Of a stretch of 37,422 nt of DNA, positions 1 through 9,848 are shown piece by piece. The first letter of the stretch is position 1. Each line of letters opens with the position of its first letter. The translations under genes and the position numbers were made by a program. The stretch comes from Macrostomum lignano (lineage: Eukaryota). Location of the stretch: the NCBI GenBank assembly GCA_002269645.1, contig NIVC01004706.1:1-37422 (forward strand), read 5' to 3'. The notes under the pieces were generated by a model that saw only the letters and a program-made list of their open reading frames with translations, ran no database searches and had not been told where the DNA came from.

Positions 1-331
1 CCACAAGCGTTTAACTGGGAGGCCTGGCACGCCCTTAATCTCCGTTCTTCCTCGCTGTTCCCTGTCTCTCCCTCTCCCTCTCTCTCTCTTCTAATCCTGT
101 CCGCACTGCAGTTAGCAACTGCATGTGTGGTTGGTTAGGGAGAAGCACATTATCCCGCTTTCATCCCAAGCATGTACATAGTGGAGTACATCCAGCTATC
201 TGTTTTAAGTTTTCAGTGTGTGACAAAATATCGCTGCTCGATCCGAGAAAGCTAGACCCGTCAAAATAGCCTCGTTTTACAAAATTCATCAAATTTTCTT
301 TCATAAATGAATGGACAGTTTCTAAAATAGT

Positions 332-516
332 TTACGAACATAAATAGTTTGCAGCATTTTTACTGTTGAGTGACCAGGTGATAAAGTCAATATAGGTAGA
401 ATAAGCGCAATGTATATTTAGAGTTTCTGCACAAAGTTTCAGGAGGGTTGCGGTTTCTGATTTAGGGTTAGGATCGGCAGTGAAGTGTTTGTAGACCTCA
501 GATAGAGAAATGAAAG
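332..516 (-). CDS. Possible alternative terminal exon of the unknown membrane-protein gene, or an exon of a further downstream gene
   Basis: Strong acceptor TTTTCCCATTCCCAG| at 517, followed by an open frame (FISLSEVYKHFTADPNPKSE...) to the stop at 332; no recognisable homology. Confidence 0.2.
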
Positions 517-707
517 CTGGGAATGGGAAAATGTAAACAGAACTGACCAAATACAAGCAAAATAATATTGATGATTAGTGAAACGAAATAAATTAAAAGT
601 ATTGCTTTATAATTTGGCAGTATAGTTGTGAAAAATATTTTTGTGGATGTTTGTGAGTCGGTCGCCACAATTACACAGTCATGCAGACTGGGGAGACTCC
701 AAAACAG

Positions 708-942
708 TCAATTTGAATTGACGGGCTGCTCAGCTCTGTTGTGCGGGCACTCGCTGCCGAAATGCTGCAACATGTGCAGATAGAAGTACAGCGGCCCAGC
801 ACAGTCTTGCGCAGTCCCCGCTGCAGCAGCGACTCCAGCAGGCGGCCAGGTGCTGCGGAAATCTCGGTCCAGTAGTAGCACACCAGGCAGCACACCACAA
901 ACAGGGCCAGGTGCAGCCCTGCCGACTGCAGGTAACTTTCCA
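708..942 (-). CDS. Exon of an unidentified small membrane protein (VESYLQSAGLHLALFVVCCLVCYYWTEISAAPGRLLESLLQRGLRKTVLG...)
   Basis: Acceptor CCCCAACAG| at 943, phase matches the exon at 1178-1264, GC3-rich codons, one hydrophobic TM-like stretch. The 3' end is uncertain: stop at 671 as read, or at 708 after a one-base shift near 793. Confidence 0.5.
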
Positions 943-1177
943 CTGTTGGGGATAAATATCCCATTACAAGTTTTGTATAATATTTGTTGGCAGATTTAGG
1001 AGAAAAATTAATCTTTATTTCAGAATACTAAGATTTAAAAACAGTGTCTAAATACATGCAGCCATGCAGTCTCCTATAGGCGACATGCCGCCAGAGTTGC
1101 AATTCATTTTTACAGGCTGCCAACCTATAGGGTGCCAACCCCAGCTCCAGTACCGGAGAGCTGTACAGCTGACTGAC

Positions 1178-1264
1178 CTCTCTGCCTCTGCGCCCAGTGC
1201 TGCCCAGAAGCTTGCGTACGCGAATGGGGCAGAAACAGGGCATTAGGCCAGGCACTTTTCTCTC
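1178..1264 (-). CDS. Internal exon of the same unidentified gene (GEKSAWPNALFLPHSRTQASGQHWAQRQR)
   Basis: Acceptor CTTCTCTCCCTGCAG|, donor |GTCAGT, 87 nt, phase 1-1, open frame. Confidence 0.5.
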
Positions 1265-1359
1265 CTGCAGGGAGAGAAGGTCGACTGCGCCCTTGGGGGG
1301 GGGGCGTCTTTCCGATGTGACATTTCTACACTATTTGTTTGTGCCATGGATGCTTGAGG

Positions 1360-3357
1360 AGAGAGATGGAGCCAGAGAGAGAGAGAAAAGAGTAAAAAGG
1401 AAATGGGAGAAGGAGGTAAAAGATTGGGGATTGATATGGGGATAGACAAAGAAATGGATAGAGGGAGATAGAGAGGGGATGTGGAGAGGTGAAGAGAGGA
1501 TAGAGGTAGAGAGAGTTGAAAGAGAGGGAGAGATGGAAAGAGAGAGAGAGGGGGAGAGAGAGGGGAGACAGAGATGGGGAGAGTTGAGAGATGGAGAGAG
1601 TACTGAGAGAGATGGAGAGAGTATTGAGAGAGATAGAGAGAGAGTACTGAGAGAGATGGAGAGAGAGAGTACTGAGAGAGATGGAGAGAGTATTGAGAGA
1701 GATGGAGAGAGAGTACTGAGAGAGATGGAGAGAGTACTGAGAGAGATGGAGAGAGAGTATTGAGAGAGAAAGGGAGAGAGAGTACTGAGAGAGATGGAGA
1801 GAGAGTACTGAGAGAGAAAGGAGAGAGAGTACTGACAGAGATGGAGAGAGAGTACTGAGAGAGATGGAGAGAGAGTACTGAGAGAGATGGAGAGAGAGTA
1901 CTGAGAGAGATGGAGAGAGAGAGAGTACTGAGAGAGATGGAGAGAGTACTGAGAGAGATGGAGAGAGTACTGAGAGAGATGGAGAGAGAGTACCGAGAGA
2001 GATGGAGAGAGAGTACTGAGAGAGATGGAGAGAGAGTACTGAGAGAGATGGGGAGAGAGTACTGAGAGAGATGGAGAGAGAGTACTGAGAGAGATGGAGA
2101 GAGAGTACTGAGAGAGATGGAGAGAGAGAGTACTGAGAGAGATGGAGAGAGTACTGAGAGAGATGGAGAGAGAGTACCGAGAGAGATGGAGAGAGAGTAC
2201 TGAGAGAGATGGAGAGAGAGTACTGAGAGAGATGGAGAGAGAGTATTGAGAGAGATGGGGAGAGAGTACTGAGAGAGATGGAGAGAGAGAGTACTGAGAG
2301 AGATGGAGAGAGAGTACTGAGAGAGATGGAGAGAGAGTACTGAGAGAGATGGAGAGAGAGTACTGAGAGAGATGGAGAGAGAGTACTGAGAGAGATGGAG
2401 AGAGAGAGTACTGAGAGAGATGGAGAGAGAGTATTGAGAGAGATGGAGAGAGAGAGTACTGAGAGAGATGGAGAGAGAGTACTGAGAGAGATGGAGAGAG
2501 AGAGTACTGAGAGAGATGGAGAGAGAGTACTGAGAGAGATGGAGAGAGAGTACTGAGAGAGATGGAGAGAGAGTACTGAGAGAGATGGAGAGAGAGTACT
2601 GAGAGAGATGGAGAGAGAGAGTACTGAGAGAGATGGAGAGAGAGTACTGAGAGAGATGGAGAGAGAGTACTGAGAGAGATGGAGAGAGAGTACTGAGAGA
2701 GATGGAGAGAGAGTATTGAGAGAGATGGAGAGAGAGAGTACTGAGAGAGATGGAGAGAGAGAGTACTGAGAGAGATGGAGAGAGAGTACTGAGAGAGATG
2801 GAGAGAGAGTATTGAGAGAGATGGAGAGAGAGTACTGAGAGAGATGGAGAGAGAGTATTGAGAGAGATGGAGAGAGAGTACTGAGAGAGATGGAGAGAGA
2901 GTATTGAGAGAGATGGGAGAGAGTACTGAGAGAGATGGAGAGAGAGAGTACTGAGAGAGATGGAGAGAGAGTACTGAGAGAGATGGAGAGAGAGTACTGA
3001 GAGAGATGGAGAGAGAGAGTACTGAGAGAGATGGAGAGAGAGTACTGAGAGAGATGGAGAGAGAGTACTGAGAGAGATGGAGAGAGAGTACTGAGAGAGA
3101 TGGAGAGAGAGTACTGAGAGAGATGGAGAGAGAGTACTGAGAGAGATGGAGAGAGAGAGTACTGAGAGAGATGGAGAGAGAGTACTGAGAGAGATGGAGA
3201 GAGAGTACTGAGAGAGATGGAGAGAGAGAGTACTGAGAGAGATGGAGAGAGAGTACTGAGAGAGATGGAGAGAGTATTGAGAGAGATGGAGAGAGAGTAC
3301 TGAGAGAGATGGAGAGAGAGTATTGAGAGAGATGGAGAGAGAGTACTGAGAGAGATT
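1360..3357. repeat. GA-rich tandem array, unit ~23 bp GAGAGAGATGGAGAGAGAGTACT (length varies by GA steps), preceded by GA low-complexity sequence
   Basis: Tandem repetition read directly; explains the spurious 750-aa ORF. Confidence 0.97.
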
Positions 3358-3444
3358 GAGGATCGAGTTCATCGATTCAACAACCATCAACATAATTTCT
3401 TGAAAAAATCCAAAACATGCTGCACACACTACTAAAATACTTAC

Positions 3445-3457
3445 CAGTAGACGGTAA
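3445..3457 (-). CDS. Putative 13-nt micro-exon (LPST-G)
   Basis: AAATAAG|TTACCGTCTACTG|GTAAGT; consensus donor; phase 0 in and phase 1 out joins the exons at 3605-3716 and 1178-1264 in frame. Confidence 0.35.
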
Positions 3458-3604
3458 CTTATTTGTCCAAAAAAGTATATGACATACATATGCATTTTAC
3501 TATTAACCTGCTACATGTGCACCTATATGTACAGAAGTGGTTTATATACTGACGGCAATAAAACCCAGCCTCATAAGTTGAGGTGGAAAGAAATTTGACA
3601 TTAC

Positions 3605-3716
3605 CATATCATAAAAATGAAACAGGTGCTTGCAGTTGGCTGAAGCCTGCGACTGCACCTCCCTACCGTTTGGGGCATTACCGAACTGAAGGCGGAGAGG
3701 TAGAGGATCTCCAAAA
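3605..3716 (-). CDS. Internal exon of the unidentified gene (FGDPLPLRLQFGNAPNGREVQSQASANCKHLFHFYDM)
   Basis: Acceptor TTTCCCCCGTCAG|, donor |GTAATG, 112 nt with an open frame. Confidence 0.5.
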
Positions 3717-3801
3717 CTGACGGGGGAAACAGAGGATTATGCCTAAAAGCATCCCGGGAAAGGGGCAGGAAGCGGCTCCCCATTCCGGCCCAGCCACCCA
3801 C

Positions 3802-3849
3802 GCAAATTCGAAATCGACCAGAGCAGGCAGGCAGCAGGCTTTTCTTCTA
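3802..3849 (-). CDS. Putative internal exon (RRKACCLPALVDFEF-A); could instead start at the acceptor at 3923
   Basis: Acceptor CCCTCCTCTCTCCTAG|, donor |GTGGGT, 85-nt intron to the next exon, phases consistent. Confidence 0.35.
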
Positions 3850-3948
3850 CTAGGAGAGAGGAGGGACAGCCCTAAGAAGCGCGCATCAGTGGCTTCATGC
3901 GTGGTAAAGGCAGAACTGTACGCTGCGGAGTTGCGAACGAAATTGCGG

Positions 3949-6521
3949 GATTGGATGCACTGAAGGATCAGTGAGGGTATGGGATGCACTGAAGGATCAG
4001 TGGGGGTATGGGATGCACTGAAGGATCAGTGAGGGTATGGGATGCACTCACTGAAGGATCAGTGGGGGGTATGGGATGCACTCACTGAAGGATCAGTGGG
4101 GTATGGGATGCACTCACTGAAGGATCAGTGGGGGTATGGGATGCACTCACTGAAGGATCAGTGGGGGTATGGGATGCTCTCACTGAAGGATCAGTGGGGT
4201 ATGGGATGCTCTCACTGAAGGATCAGTGGGGGTATTGGATGCTCTCACTGAAGGATCAGTGGGGGTATGGGATGCACTCACTGAAGGATCAGTGGGGTAT
4301 TGGATGCTCTCACTGAAGGATCAGTGGGGGTATGGGATGCTCTCACTGAAGGATCAGTGGGGGTATGGGATGCTCTCACTGAAGGATCAGTGGGGGTATT
4401 GGATGCACTCACTGAAGGATCAGTGGGGGTATGGGATGCACTCACTGAAGGATCAGTGGGGGTATTGGATGCACTCACTGAAGGATCAGTGGGGGTATTG
4501 GATGCACTGAAGGATCAGTGGGGGTATGGGATGCTCTCACTGAAGGATCAGTGGGGGGTATTGGATGCACTCACTGAAGGATCAGTGGGGGTATTGGATG
4601 CACTCACTGAAGGATCAGTGGGGGTATGGGATGCTCTCACTGAAGGATCAGTGGGGGTATGGGATGCAATCACTGAAGGGTCAGTGGGGGTATGGGATGC
4701 TCTCACTGAAGGATCAGTGGGGGGTATTGGATGCACTCACTGAAGGATCAGTGGGGGTATGGGATGCTCTCACTGAAGGATCAGTGGGGGGTATTGGATG
4801 CACTCACTGAAGGATTAGTGGGGGTATTGGATGCACTGAAGGATCAGTGGGGGTATGGGATGCTCTCACTGAAGGATCAGTGGGGGTATGGGATGCTCTC
4901 ACTGAAGGATCAGTGGGGGTATGGGATGCACTCACTGAAGGATCAGTGGGGGTATGGGATGCTCTCACTGAAGGATCAGTGGGGGTATGGGATGCACTCA
5001 CTGAAGGATCAGTGGGGGTATTGGATGCACTCACTGAAGGATCAGTGGGGGTATGGGATGCTCTCACTGAAGGATCAGTGGGGGTATGGGATGCACTCAC
5101 TGAAGGATCAGTGGGGTATGGGATGCTCTCACTGAAGGATCAGTGGGGTATTGGATGCACTCACTGAAGGATCAGTGGGGGTATGGGATGCTCTCACTGA
5201 AGGATCAGTGGGGTATTGGATGCACTCACTGAAGGATCAGTGGGGGTATGGGATGCTCTCACTGAAGGATCAGTGGGGGTATGGGATGCTCTCACTGAAG
5301 GATCAGTGGGGGTATGGGATGCACTCACTGAAGGATCAGTGGGGTATGGGATGCTCTCACTGAAGGATCAGTGGGGGTATGGGATGCACTCACTGAAGGA
5401 TCAGTGGGGGTATTGGATGCACTCACTGAAGGATCAGTGGGGGTATGGGATGCTCTCACTGAAGGATCAGTGGGGGTATGGGATGCACTCACTGAAGGAT
5501 CAGTGGGGTATGGGATGCTCTCACTGAAGGATCAGTGGGGGTATTGGATGCTCTCACTGAAGGATCAGTGGGGGTATGGGATGCTCTCACTGAAGGATCA
5601 GTGGGGGTATGGGATGCACTCACTGAAGGATCAGTGGGGGTATGGGATGCTCTCACTGAAGGATCAGTGGGGGTATGGGATGCAATCACTGAAGGGTCAG
5701 TGGGGTATGGGATGCTCTCACTGAAGGATCAGTGAGGGTATTGGATGCTCTCACTGAAGGATCAGTGGGGGTATGAGATGCACTCACTGAAGGATCAGTG
5801 GGGGTATGGGATGCTCTCACTGAAGGATCAGTGGGGGTATGGGATGCACTCACTGAAGGATCAGTGGGGGTATGGGATGCACTCACTGAAGGATCAGTGG
5901 GGTATTGGATGCACTCACTGAAGGATCAGTGGGGGTATGGGATGCTCTCACTGAAGGATCAGTGGGGGTATGGGATGCTCTCACTGAAGGATCAGTGGGG
6001 GTATGGGATGCTCTCACTGAAGGATCAGTGGGGGTATGGGATGCTCTCACTGAAGGATCAGTGGGGGTACGGGATGCTCTCACTGAAGGATCAGTGGGGG
6101 TATTGGATGCACTCACTGAAGGATCAGTGGGGGGTATGGGATGCACTCACTGAAGGATCAGTGGGGGTATGGGATGCTCTCACTGAAGGATCAGTGGGGG
6201 TATGGGATGCACTCACTGAAGGATCAGTGGGGGTATGGGATGCTCTCACTGAAGGATCAGTGGGGGTATGGGATGCACTCACTGAAGGATCAGTGGGGGT
6301 ATGGGATGCTCTCACTGAAGGATCAGTGGGGGTATGGGATGCACTCACTGAAGGATCAGTGGGGGTATGGGATGTACTCACTGAAGGATCAGTGGGGGTA
6401 TGGGATGCACTCACTGAAGGATCAGTGGGGGTATGGGATGCACTCACTGAAGGATCAGTGGGGTATGGGATGCACTCACTGAAGGATCAGTGGGGGTATG
6501 GGATGCACTCACTGAAGGATC
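3949..6521. repeat. Minisatellite, 32-33 bp unit GGATGCACTCACTGAAGGATCAGTGGGGGTATG
   Basis: About 2.6 kb of tandem copies; the unit contains the inverted repeat CACTGA-AGGA-TCAGTG. Confidence 0.98.
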
Positions 6522-6523
6522 AT
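6513..6523 (-). CDS. Speculative first coding exon (ATGATCCTTCA|GTGAGT) of the unidentified membrane-protein gene
   Basis: ATG at the array boundary; donor GTGAGT supplied by the terminal repeat unit; phase 2 joins the 3849 acceptor to give MILHRRKACC... Confidence 0.2.
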
Positions 6524-6814
6524 GAAACCCCAATTAAATAAACAAAGCTGATGAAAAACTGCTCGTCACAAATGAAAATCAGCAATTCAAAACAAGAAGC
6601 AGGCTAACAAAAATAAGCCAGAAAAGACGTAGAAAGTTATTGATTTGCTTTTATAGCAGAGCATAGTAGAACGCCGGCGTATTCAAAGAATGCTCTAGAA
6701 GCAAGCACTGCGGTTGAGGCCAGAAAGCAGTTCTTTCTGGTGCGTTTCGGCTGACGTATCGATATAAAGACCAAACGGAAATGGACGAAGAAGCGAAAAT
6801 CCGCTAGACAACTA

Positions 6815-6820
6815 TTTATT
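6815..6820 (-). terminator. Candidate AATAAA polyadenylation signal of MLF
   Basis: AATAAA on the minus strand in an AT-rich patch ~130 nt after the MLF stop. Confidence 0.45.
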
Positions 6821-6945
6821 TTTAATAAATAATATTGCACTAATATTAATATTAAATGTATTGCTGCTAAAACTAAGCAGGCAGAGGGTATTTTATCCAT
6901 CCAGAGGACCTCAGGTTCAGCAGATGCCGCACAGTCTTGATACTT

Positions 6946-7079
6946 TCAATGCCTGCCGTCCGTGATGGCCCGATGGTGCCGAGAGCGACCGTCTCGGAGG
7001 CCGCCTCCGCCGGCGCCGCCTTTAAAGGCGATGCGAGCAGCACGCCTGTCCCATTCGCGGTCAAACTGCTGGCCCTCGC
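6946..7079 (-). CDS. MLF: MLF exon 4 (last)
   Basis: CCCAAG|GCGAGGGCCAG...; SEGQQFDREW...GRH, then TGA at 6948-6946. Confidence 0.85.
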
Positions 7080-9848
7080 CTTGGGAATTCGGGTGCGGAT
7101 TTCAGTAGGCGGATGTGGTGATGGCTCTTTGATGAGCCGCCTCAACCCTTCCCTCCCTGACTCTTTGATGTCCCGCCTCACACTTCCCTCCCTGACTCTT
7201 TGATGTGCCGCCTCAGCCCCGATTCTTTGATATGCCGCTCACCCCTTCCTTCCTCGACTCTTTGATGTGCTGCCTCAGACCAGACTCTTTGATGAGCCGC
7301 CTCACCCCTTCCCTCCCTGACTCTTTGATGTGCCGCCTCAGACCAGACTCTTTGATGTCCCGCCTCACCCTTCCCTCCCTGACTCTTTGATGTTCCGACT
7401 AACGCTTCACTCCCTCATTTTTTAATGAGCCTCCTCACCCTTCCCTCTCCGACTCTTTGATGTACCACCTCACCCTTCCCTCCCTGACTCTTTGATGTGT
7501 CCTCAGCTTTGACTCTTTCATGTGCCGCCTAACCCTTCCCTCCCCGACTCTTTGATGTGCCGCTTCATCCCTTTCCTGTCTATATCTGTTATGCGCTACT
7601 TTAATCTAAATTGAAGGAATACATGAAGGCAAAAACACTCACTCTCGTCAATGCCATCATAGTGATGGTCCTCCTGCTGCTGGCCCGTGCCGGTGTTTCG
7701 CCGCCTCTCAACCGTGTGCCCGCGGCCGCCGATGTGGTGCCCAACGGCGATTCGCTCCTCCCGGCTGCGGCTGTCCTTCAAGGCCTTGCGCGTCTCACGC
7801 ACTCCGCCAGGGCCGGCGCGCGACTCGGACACGGCCTGCGGCGGTAATTTGATTGATAATGTAATTTGGTTGGAATGAAAATCAACATCAAAAAGTCGGG
7901 GCTGAGGCTGCACATCAAAGAGTCGGAGAGGGAAGGGTGAGGCAGTACATCAGAGTCGAGACTCAGGCGGTACATTAGAGTCGGGAAAGGAAGGGGTGTG
8001 GCGGCTCATCAAAAAGTCGAGGAGGGAGGGAGTGGCGTGGTGTATTAAAGAGTCGGAGAGGGAAGGGTGAGGCGGCACATCAAAGAATCGGAGAGGGAAA
8101 GGTGAGCCGGCACATCAAAGAGTCGAGGAAGGAAGGGGTGAGGCGGCACATCAAAGAGTCGAGGAAGGAAGGGGTGAGGCGGCACATCAAAGAGTCGAGG
8201 AAGGAAGGAGTGAGGCGGCACATCAAAGAATCGGGGCTGAGGCGGCACATCAAAGCCGTACAAGCCAGCCAATGCCATACCTGGTACACCTGCGGCTCCC
8301 CAGACCCATCGCTGCGGTAGGCGTACACCGAGGCATGGCTGTAGACCCGGCCATTGAAGTCTGGCCGCTGAGACGCCTCTTGGGCGGCCAGCATTCGTTC
8401 TCCAGCGTCCGACATCATCCGTTCAACGCCTTCAAACACTCGATCGAACTGCGGCAGGCCGAACGAATAGCCGGGCAGGGCGAGACCGCCTCCGCGACCG
8501 GTGGACGGGCCACGCGGCACCAGGGCGGAGCTCGTCGCTGGTGGCCATTCGCCGCCACCGTCGCCGCCGTTGCGGCGCTGCGACCGGTGCTGATGGCGGC
8601 GCTGCTGGTGCTGCAAGTCCTCGGCGAAGGCGCCACCGTGGCCGGGAACTGAGCGGGCCCGGCCGGCGGCGTGGCTGTCAAATCGCAGGGCGTGCTGGTG
8701 ATGGCGACGCGGATTGCCAAACGGCGAGGCGGCACTTCAAAGAGAATAATGTGCTCAAGCGTTTAGTCAGTTACTTATTCAGTTCGCAGGGCACACGGAT
8801 ACGTACATAGTAGAGAGTGTACACTGCACTCACACAGAGTGTTTTTCATCACGCATGTACACATTCTCCAGATTTCTCCATCTTAGAGGCTGCCCCCCCA
8901 AACCCAGCCCCAGGGCAATTGGCATACTGGTAATTGCATGTGGATAATATGATTTATTAGTAAACCTAATCTAAGCATACCAGAAAGTTTTTTGTCATTC
9001 TTTTATCTATAGAGCTATAGAGAAACAATAAACAATTCAGTAAAAAAGCATACATATATAATAGTCAGCTAATACATTAAGAGAGCCATTTAGGATACCT
9101 TATTAGCATAAAAAACGAAGTGGCAAATATAATTTTTCTAAAAGAAATTTACTTTACAATTTGATACTACTTTAAAATGCTTCTACTTGTAATTATAAAC
9201 ACAAAAAGTTTACTAGTATACTATCTGAAACTTTTATCATACAAGCATATGATAAAATATTAAAGTTGATAACCATCCAAGAGAAGTATATTAATTAAAG
9301 AAACAATGATAACCTATCATTATAGTATCAATTAAAGAATTCTACAGTTATTAAAACCAAACAGCTCTTTATCTTTAAGATTTTTTCAAGAAACATTTAA
9401 TATTTAGGCTAGAACAAAGATTACTGCCTAAAAAAATTAAAAAACCTAATGATTTAATTAGCCTAAATTATACTATAATAATATATAATATCAATACAAA
9501 AGAGGCAATAGGTGAAGCCTAGAAAGAATTAATAAAACAATGAGTTTCTTCAATTAATTTCTTCCTTTCAATTGGATTGATATTTGTTAAATTGTATGTT
9601 TCCCATACTGATATTGAACTAAATAGTGGTAATATATATAGTATCAAAACAAAACTTCGATAAATATAATCAAGTTTAAATCACATGGTATGAATATATG
9701 AGCAGACAGCAGTCATATATATAAGAGAATGGCTGGGTGGTGAAAATTAAAATGCATGTACGAAATTCATTTAAAAATTGTGTAATTTTTCTTACCCAAA
9801 GTCAAAGAAGGGATCCTGCTGGAACTCTCCAAACGGATTTCCAAACAT
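6946..9848 (-). CDS. MLF: Myeloid leukemia factor family protein, 4 exons: 9848-9796, 8734-8281, 7835-7643, 7079-6946; 277 aa
   Basis: All introns GT-AG and phase-consistent (834 nt). Recognisable MLF motifs: MFGNPF..DPFF, YSHASVYAYRSDGSGEPQVYQA, GPGGVRETRKALKDS, IAVGHHIGGRGHTVERRRN, DESEGQQFDREW. Confidence 0.9.
7125..7565 (+). repeat. Imperfect minisatellite (~26-35 bp; core GACTCTTTGATGTGCCGCCTCA) in MLF intron 3
   Basis: Repeated core read directly. Confidence 0.93.
7643..7835 (-). CDS. MLF: MLF exon 3
   Basis: CCGCAG|GCCGTG...GACGAGA|GTGAGT; 193 nt; AVSESRAGPGGVRETRK...GHHIG. Confidence 0.9.
7886..8255 (-). repeat. Same minisatellite family in the opposite orientation (plus-strand core TGAGGCGGCACATCAAAGAGTC) in MLF intron 2
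   Basis: Core is the exact reverse complement of the intron-3 core. Confidence 0.93.
8281..8734 (-). CDS. MLF: MLF exon 2
   Basis: CTCTTTGAAG|TGCC...TACCAG|GTATGG; 454 nt open frame. Confidence 0.85.
9796..9848 (-). CDS. MLF: MLF exon 1 (MFGNPFGEFQQDPFFDFG)
   Basis: ATG at 9848, donor |GTAAGA, phase 2 matches exon 2; DPFF motif typical of the MLF N-terminus. Confidence 0.85.

Noticed and set aside
671-964. Standalone 97-aa single-exon gene
   Set aside because: A good acceptor at 943 in phase with an upstream exon makes it more likely part of a spliced gene; not fully excluded
1243-3495. 750-aa ORF (SLSISLSTL...)
   Set aside because: Translation of the CT-rich strand of the GA array; low complexity and lies in a predicted intron
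3949-6521. CRISPR-like appearance (palindromic ~33-bp repeats)
   Set aside because: Units are head-to-tail with no unique spacers, no cas genes, and the context is eukaryotic; the same applies to the 35-bp and 45-bp arrays
4128-6541. Many overlapping ORFs (DALTEGSVGVW / HSLKDQWGY)
   Set aside because: Artefacts of a 33-bp (multiple of 3) repeat; frames switch at G-run length changes
8272-8810. Plus-strand ORFs of 126 and 89 aa
   Set aside because: Antisense shadows of the GC-rich MLF exon 2
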